From positions 41,168,001 through 41,232,000 of the forward strand of contig NC_043010.1 of assembly GCF_006345805.1 (NCBI RefSeq): a DNA stretch of 64,000 bases, read 5' to 3'. Positions 27,283 through 39,665 of the stretch are shown here, in pieces. Each line of letters starts with the position of its first letter. The stretch's first letter is position 1. This stretch comes from Octopus sinensis. Taxonomy: Eukaryota. Below the pieces are notes generated by a model, which was given only the letters and a program-made list of their open reading frames with translations, had not been told where the DNA came from and did not search any database. Made by a program: the position numbers and the translations under genes.

Positions 27283-28957
27283 GAATCTTCTTTCCCTCAC
27301 ACTAAACTAATGTCAGAGACCCTAAAAGGAGTCACAGACACTAGTCTTCCTCCTCTAAGCTGTTTACAAAAAAATAAAGTGAAAGAATAATGGTAAAACA
27401 CAGCAGCAGTAGATAATACATGTCAGTGTATAAGATCATTTTTAAGTAACTACTGCATCATTAAAAATATAGTCACCTGCTCTGATAAGAACAACATTAT
27501 ACACAGCAGATAAGATAGGATGAACCCGGGGAAAGGAAGTTACAGATGGAAAAACCAGCTATCTGATCTGACATGAGGAATTCAAACTAAATGAGGGAAC
27601 TTCTATAGGGTCACCGAACCTACCAAAAAAATAGTCAAATATCCCTCAAATCACATCCCTATTACCATAGAAAAAAAATGGAAGGACACATTGGATATAG
27701 TCGTGGATATAAATTAAAATGGGGTGAAACTTTTCCTCAAAGGTTTTCTTGATCAGAGCTGACCAGGGACTAAACTATAAGGACAACAACTATGTTTTGG
27801 ATGATGAACTAGCAAGGAAGACTCTACATGGTAACCTAACCTACAAGAAAAAGCAGCCAAATCTCCCTCAAAACACACCTTGCTATCATTATAAAAAGGG
27901 CATATCAGATAATGTAATTTTAAGTATACACAATGTCTTTTGGGGAAAAAAGGATGAAATAAAATTCAGAACAGTCATGGCAGGAATGCTATTGAGCATG
28001 GGTCGTTTTGGCCAAACCTGACCTGAATTCAAATTGCTACAAACACACACAATAAGCTAGCAGAGGAGACACTAAGTTAGGAGTTCTCAACCTGGGTGAC
28101 CCTACCCCCTCAGAGTGCAAGATAGCAATTCAGGCGGCATGATGAAAAGAAGTGTATAGTTTACTAAAATCACGTTTCTGAGAAAAATTATTTAGAAATT
28201 CTTAAAGATAACTTTGTACTGTGAAGCACACCAAGAAGTTTGTCTAGCTATTTTATGTGGTTCAATTTCAAAAGTAATAAGTTATCAGAAAATCAACTTT
28301 CTCAATATCAAATACGATATTATTCTTGTCAGTGGAGTGAAAATTAATCAAATATTTCTGAGGAGTATGGAGCATAAAAAAAAGATTGAGAATAACTGCT
28401 CAAAGTAGTTACTTGACCTACTAGAAATAGCAGTTAAATGTATCATATTTAGAAAAAAGAAGACACACTGGATTACGTAGCATGTGGTATGTTAACTGTG
28501 TCATCATTATCATCATCGTTTAACGTCCACTTTTCATGCTAGCATGGGTTGGACGATTTGACTGAGGACTGGCGAACCAGATGGCTGCACCAGGCTCCAA
28601 TCTTGATCTAGCAGAGTTTCTACAGCTGGATGCCCTGCCTAACAACAACCACTCCGAAAAAAAAACCACTCAAAAAAAAAATTAGGGTGTAGTCAGGACT
28701 AAAATGAAGTTTGCTTAATCATGATTGATCCAACAACAAAAGCTATTTGGAACTACCAGAAACTAAGTTAAAGATAAAGAATTTCTCAGCAATGTGGCAA
28801 CAATTAATTATATGTTATATATAATAGGGCAGCAAGCTGGCAGAATCACTAGCGTACACGGAAAAATACTGAGCAGCATTTCATCTATCTTCACATTCTG
28901 ATTCAAACGCCACTGACATCAACTTTGTCTTTCATGCTGTCAGGGTCAATAAAATAC

Positions 28958-29394
28958 AAATCTTTTCGGTTTGAACGGCCGTTTTTTCTAGCGGTGTCAT
29001 ATGAAATTGTCACCCATAATTATGACCCTAGTATCGATCTATTGCATTTCAATCTGTTTTAGGGTTAGGGTTAGTTAGGATTAGGGTTAGGGGTGGGGGA
29101 AGGGTATATTTTTTTTCTTCAGAAATGTAAAAAAAACCAATCTGTTTCTTAAACGAGAGACATTCATACGGCACAGAATGTTTTTTTTTTACCTCAATAG
29201 ACATCATTGATTGGTTGAAATTGCAGAAATTGAAGAAAAAAAACAACAAATATCTTACAAACTATAGAATTTTCTGAATAAAGCCAAGAGAAAAAGATGT
29301 TTTATAAACACATTCTACCAGTATACAAAGTTTAAAAGTGTTTAGTTATGTGGAAATTATTTTTAAAAAACTGCCATTCAAACCGAAAAGATCC
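28958..29394. mobile_element. MITE family 1, copy B (opposite orientation; left GG mutated to AA)
   Basis: 8-bp TSD TAAAATAC; expanded TTAGGG tract at 29059-29092. Confidence 0.92.
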
Positions 29395-29837
29395 TAAAAT
29401 ACATACCAGTAGGTCAGTGAGGTCAATGTAATCAACTTAACTCCTCCCCAAAAATTGCTGGCCTGGTGCCAAAATTTGAAATCATTTATATATCACATAT
29501 AGGCTTTTCCTATATGAAGTGGGGGTCAGCTGGTACACTATTCTGGGGGCCCAGAGAACAAAAGAGGAATTCATAAATATCTGATGAGCTCATCCTCCTC
29601 CACCCAAAAAAAAAACATGCAGCCCCTTTGAACTTTGAAAAACCCCCAACCCTCTTTTTCAGTCTTGTTCTGCATGGCAAAATTCTTCTTAGAGACCCTG
29701 CACATAGAGCAGTAGAGTGGCAGAAATGGTGTTTCCTATGTGTCAGTCATTATTTAACCCAAGGTCAGCTCTGATCAATCAGACGTGTGATCAAAAGATT
29801 TATATTTGTAACCATCCTGTCAGCTAACAGACAGTTA

Positions 29838-30272
29838 ATAATAATGAAATTATTGTATACAGAGCTCAGTAATGTACAAATGTCTGGAGAACGAACAGTG
29901 TATGAGTCAGATACATGCTTGCGTGAGTATGGAGGGGAGAAAATCAGGTGTAGTGTTGGCGAATCTCAGGAAGCATGGAAGTTTTGAAGGATGCAGTGCT
30001 CCAACAACTAACAACTGATACTGGCAGTTTGTTCCATGCTTCAGCAACTCTCAGCGTGAAAAAATGTTTCCTAAAGTCATGGAAGCTGTGCTGTTTTCTA
30101 ACTTTGTAACTATGTCCACGAGTGTTAGATGGGTGGAGTTCGAAAAGGTGCTCAGAGTTATTGTTTGTAAGATGGTTGATAATTTTATGGGTGTCTGCCA
30201 AGTCAGCTGCCAGACGTCAGAGTTTCAATGTATCCATGCCCAGGGAAGTAAGGCGTTCAGAATATGGCAAAT
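29838..30272 (-). mobile_element. CR1-clade LINE 3' end (same family as 16180)
   Basis: HKIINHLTNNNSEHLF...SNTRGHSYKVRK...FFTLRVAEAWNKLP...FKTSMLPEIRQHYT-stop. Confidence 0.88.
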
Positions 30273-30792
30273 GCCTGATGGAGGGTATTCTCTTGGTTGC
30301 ACATCGCTGAACGGCTTTTACCTCCAAGTCCACTTTCATCAAACCAATCTATAAACATCCCATCTTCATTTCAAACTATGTATCTAGGACTACATTATCC
30401 AATACATTTTTCCTCTAACAAAAAGGAAATGGTCAAATGAGTCAACCAGAGAAATGCTTAAGAGAGTAAGCTTTGGACAAGAAAGTCAGATAGGATGTAG
30501 AAAGCAGGACGCCACCCAAAGATAACCTGAAGACAGGCAGAAAAAGGAATGAGGATAAAATGAATGACATGGAACAAAGTGAAAGAAAAATACAGGACAG
30601 AACACTGGAAGACTGCTGTGAAGAACTTGTGTTCTGCTAGAAATCCAAACAAGACATCATCATCATCATCATCATTATCATGAAGGTGAGGTAAAGTTGA
30701 AAGGAAATTTGGCAGCTATTTCTAGAAGGTCAGGTGGCCATATAGAGGCTACTTCAGTCAGTCAGTATTTATACGTGTTATGTGTGTCATTA

Positions 30793-30830
<38 letters not shown>

Positions 30831-31388
30831 TTGTATGTGCACACATGTAATGTTTGTGTATAACAATACAGTACGTTATGTGAATGTGTATGACAGAAGC
30901 GAGCTTTGTATACATGAGAATATTATACCTTATCCATTGTTATGCATGAATCAGTACAGAAATTTTACATACATGACAGTACAGTATATGTTTGCAACAG
31001 TAGAGCATGTTATGTGTGTGTCACAGTATAGTGAGTTATCTGTATGTATGACAGTAGATCATCATCATCATCGTTTAACGTCCGTTTTCCATGCTAGCAT
31101 GGGTCGGATGGTTCGACTAGGGTCTGGGAAGCCAGGTGGCTGCACCAGGCTCCAGTCTGATCTGGCAGTGTTTCTACAGCTGGATGCCCTTCCTAACGTC
31201 AACCACTCCGTGAGTGTAGTGGGTGCTTTTTACGTGCCACCGGCACAGGTTCCAGGGGAGGCTGGCATCGGCCATGATCGGTTGGTGGTTTTTACGTGCC
31301 ACCTACACAGAAGCCAGTCAAGGCGGCGCTATAGTAGTGTTATGTGTTTATCAGTAGAATGTTGTGTATTACAGTATATGTAGTATAT

Positions 31389-31689
31389 CACCATGACCGA
31401 CCAGGCTATCAGATGTTGCTACACATCTCTGGTCACAATGCGCTTCACACTGCTTTATCCTTCAAATGATGCCACCCCATTGGCTAAGCGAGCAGGCCAA
31501 CAGAAGAAAGACTGAGAGAAAGTTGTGGCAAAAGAGTACAGCAGGGATCGCTACCACCCCCCTGACGGAGCCTCGTGGAGCTATAGGTGTTTTCGCTCAA
31601 TAAACACTCACAACGCCCGGTCTGGGAATCGAAACCGCGATCCTATGACTGTGAGTCCACTGCCCTAACCACTGGGCCCTTGCGCCTCC
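31389..31689 (-). mobile_element. tRNA-head SINE (family E) with RTE-derived 3' tail
   Basis: A box GGCCCAGTGG and B box GGTTTCGATTCC on the minus strand; 11-bp TSD ATGTAGTATAT at 31378-31388 and 31690-31700. Confidence 0.85.
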
Positions 31690-31821
31690 ATGTAGTATAT
31701 ATAGATATATAATTAATCCCAAAAAACAATGAAAGAACACAAGAAAAGACAACAATGCAAGGACGTGGTACATGCAAAGTATTAAAAGATGCTCATATAT
31801 ATATATAATATATATATATAC

Positions 31822-32603
31822 ACCTTGAGAGAAAAGTTGGACTAAAGAAACATCAGATGTGGTGTGCAAGAGAGACGTCAGCGCTGATATGGTCATGTGG
31901 CGAGAATGGCTGAGGATAGGTGTGCCACACCCTAGTGGTTGAGAGGACCTGTGGAAGAGGTAAACCCTGAAAGACCTGGAATGAGGTGGTGAAGCACAAC
32001 CTTCAAACATTAGGCCTCACCAAGGCAATGACTAGTGACCGAGATCTTTGGAAATATGCTGTGCTTGAGAAGACCTAGCAGCTAAGTGAGACCATAACCC
32101 GTGGCCTATGCCAGGTGTGTAACCAGCCCACTTATGCGTATCTTTCCTTCATTGGACACTAAACTCTGCTTGCAAAGACCTGTTGAAGCAAATGAAATCG
32201 AATCAAATTCAATGACTGTCACCCATGCCAGTGGAGCGTTAAGAGCACCATCTGAGAGTGATCGTTGCCAGAGCAGCTGACTGGCTTCCATGCCGGTGGC
32301 ACATGAAAAAACATTCGTGCGAGTTCGTTGCCAGTGCTGCTGGACTGGCTCCTGTGCAGGTGACATGTGAAAAACACCATTTGAGTGTGGCCATTGCCAG
32401 TTACACCTGACAAGCCCTCGTGCTGGTGGCACGTAAAAGCACCCACTACACTCTCGGAGTGGTAGGTATTAGGAAGGGCATCCAGCTGTAGAAACTCTGC
32501 CAGATCAGATTGGAGTCTGGTGCAGCCATCTGGTTCACCAGTCCTCAGTCAAATCATCCAACCCATGCTAGCATGGAAAGCGGACGTTAAATGATGATGA
32601 TGA

Positions 32604-32607
<4 letters not shown>
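31822..32607 (+). mobile_element. 5'-truncated RTE LINE with modular 3' UTR and (GAT)n tail
   Basis: Homologous to 11660-12460 and 47872-48700. Confidence 0.88.
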
Positions 32608-32637
<30 letters not shown>

Positions 32638-33335
32638 CTTGCCGAAACAGACCTCACCTATGCTTGTACCATGTAAAAAGCAACAAGTTCGCTTAGTTAC
32701 AGAAATCTGGTGTAGGTTACTGCCTGGCCAACACTTGTCAAACTGTACCAACCATGCCAGCATGGAAGGCAGATGTTAAACGATGATGATGGTGTTGAAA
32801 TTTGCTTAGAAGATATGTTAACCTCATAAAGAGATGGTTATATCCAAGGAAATACTGGTTCTATACCTAGTATTTTGGGGAAATTAAATTTCTTTAAATC
32901 AATAGGTATATATTAAGCATATAATTCATGTTCAGTTGGGTCGGCATGTAACAACTTTTTCTCTGATGAAATTATTCCCATAACACATAAATGCAAATTT
33001 AAAGCATAAATTTGTAATTCACTAATTGGACACTAATGGAAACAGCTGTAAGAAGTAAAGATTACCAATTTTTTAATAATAGATAATTATTAACTTTCAA
33101 CTTTCCATTTTCTTTCCTTCAATTAACTAAATATGAATTATATGTGTGTGAGTGAGGGTCATTATACAATGATATTTGCTAACCAGGACAATATGTTAGG
33201 TATGTGTAATAGAACAATGTGTATGAGCGCATAACAGTACTGTATGATATATATTTGTGTATATATTACATATGTGTAACAGTGTGCTTGTGTGCATGTA
33301 TGTATGCATGACTGTATAGTGTGCTACATATTTGC

Positions 33336-33568
33336 AAGGCGGCAAGCTGGCAGAAATGTTAGCACGCTGAGCGAAATGCTTAGCCATATTTCGTCTGCCG
33401 TTACGTTCTGAGTTCAAATTCCGCCGCGGTTGACTTTGCCTTTCATCCTTTCGGGGTAGATTAAATAAGTACCAGTTATGCACTGGGGTCGATGTAATTG
33501 ACTTAATCCGTTTGTCTGTTCTTGTTTGTCCTCTCTGTGTTTAGCCCTTTGTGGGTAGTAAAGAAATA
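33336..33568 (+). mobile_element. SINE family A
   Basis: Full-length head to GTAAAGAAATA; ATATTTGC on both flanks. Confidence 0.88.
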
Positions 33569-33833
33569 TATATATTTGCCAGTACATTATGCACTGTATC
33601 TGTTATAGTGAGGTGTGACATTTCATTTCAGTGTATATACAGCATGTTGAACTGTACAGTTTGTTATGCAAGTGATAACATTATGCATCATATATGTAAT
33701 AATACTACATCTTACATATACATTGCAATAAAATGTATGATATTTGTGAACAATGTAACTGTTCAGCCCAAGGTCAGTTCTGATCAAGCAGATCCATTAT
33801 CAAAGGCATTGCAGCTATGGTCAAAACATATTT

Positions 33834-34108
33834 GGCATTCCTTCGATAGAACTTGACAAAACCAAAACATTTCACTTCGGGTACTTCTGTGGAAGCAAAT
33901 GACAGTTCAATTCTGTTTTCTGCTTGGAAATTTGAGGATTTTATATACACACATGAAAGAAGTAAGAACAAATATGCAAGGCTTTTTTGTTCTTCAAGTT
34001 TAAAATGAGACATTGCTGGCATAATTTCGTTATATCTATACTCCACAACCCACGAAAATACCCAAAGTGAAATGTTTTGATTTTGTTGAGTTATATCGAA
34101 GGAATGCC
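33834..34108. mobile_element. MITE family 2 (275 bp; about 50-bp TIR GGCATTCCTTCGATA...)
   Basis: Imperfect TIRs and a perfect 8-bp TSD ACATATTT at 33826-33833 and 34109-34116. Confidence 0.9.
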
Positions 34109-35849
34109 ACATATTTTTTCGTTGAAGGCAAGAGTATTTAAAACATTTCCCTTTTTTGTTGCAGGGGAACGATTAGCAGGGAATGTGACTGCTATTGTTA
34201 GCCTGCTGGGTGACCATGTAGAGTCCCTTTCATTCACTTAAATACAATGTGTTATCGATATGTGACAATATAATAGCGTTGCATACACAGTACAGTATAT
34301 TGGATTTTACATACAATTCAGTGTGTCAGGTACACGTGGCTGTACAGTGTAACCCACCCACCCCCGGGGTGAGCTCTGATCAGGGCAGACCCTTAGAATG
34401 CAGATAGACAGCTAAACAGATGTTATTCTAGTTATAATGCCTCCCTCCAGTTGAGGACAACGCTACACATTCTGATATGTAGAGGTTAAGAATAAGGTTG
34501 TAGTTTGACAATCTGGACATGTTGAATTGTCTCTGCTGTCCAGTCCATTTCTGTATACTTAGGCCTAGATATATTTGGCCTGAAGTAAAAAAAAAAGGGG
34601 GAGACTGAATGCTCACAGCTGGGTTATTGTTCATCATAGAACTACTTCAACTGGGTTGATCTGGGGGGTTTAAACAACAAGTTTAGATTTGACAAGCCAA
34701 TGATATGCTAAAAGTAGTAGCCAAATCTTGACTCATACTCTATCATCTTACCAAGACAGAACTAGTCATGCAGTCCTAGAGACACTATGGGCAAAAAAAA
34801 AATGTAAGCTGTTCAAGTGAGAATGTATTTTACTACAGATCTGCTAGCTGTTCTACAAAAGTCTGTCCTACTTTAAACTAAGGGGCAGCAGATACCCAGC
34901 ACCAGGTAAATAATTTACTTGAGATAGCTGCTGTGCAATAGTCTGTCCCTGATTAAACATTTTAAGAAGGACTCTTATTAGAGTGTAGTCTTAAATTACT
35001 TTAAGAACAAACATTAGGTTCTGAACTTTTCCAGAGCACCATCCATCCATTACAGGTCACACTGTAGATATATCATCTTACAGCACAAGCTAACAAATTA
35101 GCCTTTTCGTAGTTCCACGGCCTGTTAAAAATAGTAGTCAAATCTCCCTCACACTACTTAAAGGGAGAGAAGTTAAAAATTGTAGTCCAAAAATTATATT
35201 ATGGGTCTGGAAAAAAACTGTACTGTCATGTCTGGAATTCCTTAAGGGTTCTTAATATACCAGCGTCATGTTACAGAATCCCAGTCTGAGTCAGCAAAGG
35301 TTAAGTAAGCTAGTTACAGACACAATGCAGTAATGGCGTAGCAAGGGTTCTCAGCTCCCCCGACCCCTGTCCGTCTACCCACGAGAGAAGGGAGGGACAC
35401 CGATACTTTTGATGTCCCCGCCGTAAGTTAAGACATGTTAGACTAGAGGTAATTTTGCGTCCCTAAGTAAGGTGAGCCTTGCTGCACTTTTCCAAGATAA
35501 GAGGTCCCTCTCTCTCCGGCATTTAAAAACTATAGATTGTTCTGGCATGTTGCCCGACGCCGTATTGAACCATTATCTATGATTCGTGAACCACAACGGA
35601 AACAATTAAAATAAAGACACGCTGTCAGTCTTAATAGAAGAATATTTTCTATCATGGACTAAAAGCCAAGAATTTCATGAGGAACAGTCGATAAAATCGT
35701 CTAAGTGTACTTTATTTTATCGATCTCGTCCCAAAATCAAAGCAGTTAAATAAGAAAAATTTGTTAGCTTTTGTTGCTTTTTTAAATATTTTACGAAACA
35801 AGTTCGAAGGAGTCCAACAATATTCGTTTTTAGTACGTGTCCCTAAGTT

Positions 35850-36560
35850 GTCGTTTAACCCTGGCTAACTCTTGCTTGAGCAAGTCTATGGTCAAAGGAA
35901 TTCCAGCCTTAACCATCCCGTCTTTTAGCATATTTAAAATTAGGTGATCTAATATCGAAGTTTTGCCTAAATTATATTGTTTTTATGTGCCTTCCCTATT
36001 CTTAAAGACGGTCAGGTGTACTGAGGGAGATTTGGCTGTTCTTTCTAATAGGTCAAGTGGCCACATAGAGGTTTCCTCGTTGGCTCGTGTCGATGGTGTT
36101 TAACCACAGGTCAACCCTGATCAAACGCATGAAGAACGGCGTTCCAACCAAGACGAATCCGTCGCTTTTTTTTTTTCTGTCAGGACCACACTGTCCAACA
36201 TAATCTGTTGTTGCATAATACCAAATCAGAGCTAACTGAGCAGAATTATAATCAAAAGAATTTCAGACATGACCATTCTGCCTTTTGTACATCAAAAAGT
36301 AAAAAAAGCCAGTATGTTTTTCCTTTAAAAAAAGGAAGGAAGAAAAGAAACGTAAGGTATGATTTGATGGGGGTTTGGCTGCTATTTCTAGCTGGTCGAG
36401 CGACAACGTAGAGGGTCCCTTATCTGTTCGCTGACCAGAGGATTGATTGCTTCCTACTCCGTCCCGAAAGAAGAAAAAGGGATGAAAAAAAGGACGGTAT
36501 GTTATGATTTGAGGGAGATTTACGATATCTCTCCAGAAAGCCGGGCGGCGGTTGTGTAAA
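35850..36560 (+). repeat. Fragments of an old, abundant dispersed repeat (GTTTAACCCCAGGTCA...GATCAAAGG..TTCCAGCC / GATTTGGCTGCTATTTCTAG motifs)
   Basis: The same motifs recur near 19690, 22075, 29750, 30710, 33760, 51700, 58450(-) and 61160; class not determined. Confidence 0.6.
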
Positions 36561-36643
36561 AGGCTTGCTCCCTAAGTCTCGTGTCCCCCAGGTTATTCTA
36601 GTAGTTTGGGTCAGCAGAAGAATTTAAGAAACAGGCAACTTAC

Positions 36644-36802
36644 CTTCGTCAACTGGGCGATTTTCTTGGACATTTTGTGATGCATGTCGTACGTAAGATC
36701 TCCGTCTTTTGTTGACGATCCATGAGGTAAAGTGGCAAATTTAACATTTTGCTGTTGGTAGAAATTATTTGAATAAGACATTCTGGTGCTGCCAGTCGCC
36801 AT
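36644..36802 (-). CDS. FAM184A: FAM184A/B-family coiled-coil protein, first coding exon (53 codons, phase-0 donor)
   Basis: Translates MATGSTRMSYSNNFYQQQNVKFATLPHGSSTKDGDLTYDMHHKMSKKIAQLTK followed by AAG|GTAAGT. MHxKMSKKIAQLTK is the conserved FAM184 N-terminal motif (recalled human FAM184A: MHLKMSKKIAQLTKVIYALNT). Probably the single invertebrate orthologue of FAM184A/B. Confidence 0.9.
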
Positions 36803-38909
36803 TTTTTGGCTTGAAACCAAAAAAAAATAATTAAAAAAAAAACAGCCCCAGAAATGGTATAGAAACAATTTAACAACAAGAAAAAATAAAGAGTAAAAAA
36901 AAAATTGTTAAACTTTCGAAGATTCTTGCTTTTATAAGTATTGTAATGTAGATAATATTGTGGTTCCTCTGATTGTCGGGTTTTATTTCATTGTAATTAT
37001 TTTTAATAATGGGTAAATCATAATGTAAGAATAATAATAATAATAATAATAATAATAACTATAGTCGAGTTAGATAACGAAAAGTCTGCGTAGTTCTGCG
37101 ATGCTTATTATGAGATTTGTAATGACAGGAATAAGGGGGGGAAAAAAAACTAAAAAAAAACAAAGTTGGTTGACGAAGATCTTGTTATAAAAATGATCCT
37201 AATAGTAATAATGTATATAATCCATCCACGTTTTAACTCCCAAAAAATTTTCGAAGAAGTAGCAACTAAACCATGATTGTTACTTGATTTCCTTCCATGA
37301 CCGAGCAAACGGCTCTAAGTCACCGGCATCTCAACAACAACAACAGCAGTAGCAGCAACAATAAAGAGCATCACCACCATTTAGACTCCGTGGTACCAAG
37401 AACAGCGCACGCCTCTGTTTTGGCTTGCGGTAACTATGTTACCGTGTGTACATGGCTCTGTGTGTGTGTGTGTGTGTGTGTGTCTGTGTGTTCGTGTGTT
37501 CGCGCGCGCGTATATGTGTGTGTATGTATAAATGTCAATGTCGAGATAGGTTATCTCATGTGTGTGTGAGTGTGTGTACGTATACATACACACACATATG
37601 TATGTGTATGTTTGTATTTATATTAGTGTCGAGATAGGTTATCGCGTGTGTGTGTATGTATGTATGTGTATTTACTAAGTCTCGTGTGTACGCGTCTCGA
37701 CCGCTGAATGTTTGTGTGTGTGTGTGTGTGTGTATGTTTGCGCGTGTGTGCATGTTTATACCTTTTAATAAATGTGCGAAAGTAAGAAAGACAGACAGAA
37801 AGATAGGGGGGGAAAGAAACAACGAGAGAAAGAAGAGAGGGAAATAACGAGAGAGGGAGGGAGGGAGAAAAAGCGCGTCTATAAAGTTGTATGTGTATGT
37901 GTGATAAATGTATGATGTATGTGTATGTTTATGAAGCTACGTATGTAGGCCAATATGTAGTTAAATGTGCATGCGAGTGTGTCCTGTTAAAACTATGTGT
38001 CTGTCGAAAAGATGCAAGTGTACGTGCTCCGTCTGTATGCGTGTATGGGTGTGTGTTCTTGCGTGCGTGTGTGTGTGTGTCTATGAAACTGTTTATGAAC
38101 CTGATTACGAATTTGTGTGTTTGTTACGAAGTTATTTATGGCACTGTATGTGTGTGAGTACATATATATAAATATGTGTGTGTGTGTGTGTACATACATA
38201 CATACACACATACATACATACACACATACACACATACATACATACATACATGCATGCATATTTATATATGCATTATTCAGTCTACCAAGCTCACTGCTTG
38301 CGTGCATCTATGAAGCTCTGTGTGCTGGTATGTAAAGCTATGCATTCCTGTGAAAGTTCTATATATCTTTGTATTCAAAATGTGATTTGAAACATGTTTA
38401 TATAAAGCGATCTGTGTGTGTGTGTGTGTTTAAAGTTGTTACGTTTCTTTAGACATGTGTGTATCAATGATGATATATGATCACTTTGCAACGAAACCTT
38501 TTCGATAGCAATAACTGGTTGATAAAATTAAGCAAAATAAAGAATTTTTTAGAGCTACTAATTTTGATAGCAATAATTTATAAATAACGTGTTCCTGATT
38601 CTAATAAGCGAATTTCAGTCAAGCGAGAGAAATTATTTCTTTTCTGCCAGATAGATGGGGTTCAGAAAGACCAGAGAATATTGCGATGGCTTTGCTGTGA
38701 GAAACTCTTTGTTGGAGACGGTTAAGCCAAGTGCAAGAGAAACGGGGCGAAGCCTGTGAAATTTATCAGTGCCTTTGTCCTAATCTCTACTCTACACAAG
38801 ACACAAAGGATGAATTATATGACCAACTCTCAAGAACAATTCAAGGAAACCCAAACCAGGAACAGTTACTGCTGCCTGAAGACTTCAACGCTAGAACAGG
38901 TACTAACTC

Positions 38910-39320
38910 TTATGAAGAAAGGCTGAAGACGCTCGACCTTTATTCTCTAGAAAAACGACGACGCCGTGGTGATCTCATCCTTGCTCACAACATCATAAGC
39001 GGAAAGTGTATCCTCTCGAAAGAGCTGTTCTTCACTCCTGCTCCAGAGCGTCGGCTGCGGAGTCACTCCGAAAAGCTCTATCTGCGACGATTTCATCTCA
39101 ATCGGAGGAGAGGGGCTTTCTCCGTCCGGGTTGCGGATCCGTGGAATAAGCTACCGGACGATATAGTGAAGATACCGACGACCGCTCGGTTCAAAGTCTC
39201 CCTTGACCACAAATGGCCTGAACTCTTTACATGAACACCACCCTGTACCTAACTCCATGTCCCCCTACATGGCCTTGCTTTTTGCTTTTTGAGCCAAAAA
39301 ATTAACTCACTAACTAACTC
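38910..39320 (+). mobile_element. CR1-clade LINE 3' end (second family) with (TAAC)n-like tail
   Basis: YEERLKTLDLYSLEKRRRRGDLI...FSVRVADPWNKLPDDIV...FKVSLD; ACTAACTC on both flanks. Confidence 0.88.
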
Positions 39321-39442
39321 ATGACAAAGCTGTTTAGGGCTGTATGGGACTAATAGCATAAATGACAATGGGTTGCTTGAGCTTTGTCCACTCTATGGAC
39401 TGTATGTCACCATTATTTACTTTCAGAATAAACCCAGCATAT

Positions 39443-39665
39443 ATATTTCTTTATTGCCCACAAGGGGCTAAACATAGAGGGGACAAACAAAGACAGACGA
39501 AGGGATTAAGTCAACTACATCGACCCCAGTGCGTAACTGGTACTTTATTTATCGACCTCGAAAAGATGAAAGGCAAAGTCGACCTCGGCGGAATTTGAAC
39601 TCGGAAGGTAACGACAGACGAAATACGGCTACGCATTTCGCCCGGCGTGCTAACGTTTCTGCCAG
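39443..39665 (-). mobile_element. SINE family A
   Basis: CCAGCATATA flanking repeat; head slightly truncated. Confidence 0.85.

Noticed and set aside
29059-29092. True telomere or chromosome-fusion scar
   Set aside because: Only a few units, internal to a MITE with an intact TSD.
31600-31689. tRNA-like sequence with A and B boxes (also at SINE-A and SINE-B heads)
   Set aside because: No complete cloverleaf acceptor stem; continues into a SINE body with a TSD.
32975-33020. Minus-strand QIYALNL resembling the start of FAM184 exon 2 (VIYALNT)
   Set aside because: No AG acceptor at the right position, and it continues LHLCVMG rather than TKNDEHE; chance match.
37297-37569. Plus-strand ORF with NNNN/SSSS/HHHH runs resembling a transcription-factor N-terminus
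   Set aside because: Runs into (TG)n with no splice or domain support; lies in the FAM184 upstream region.
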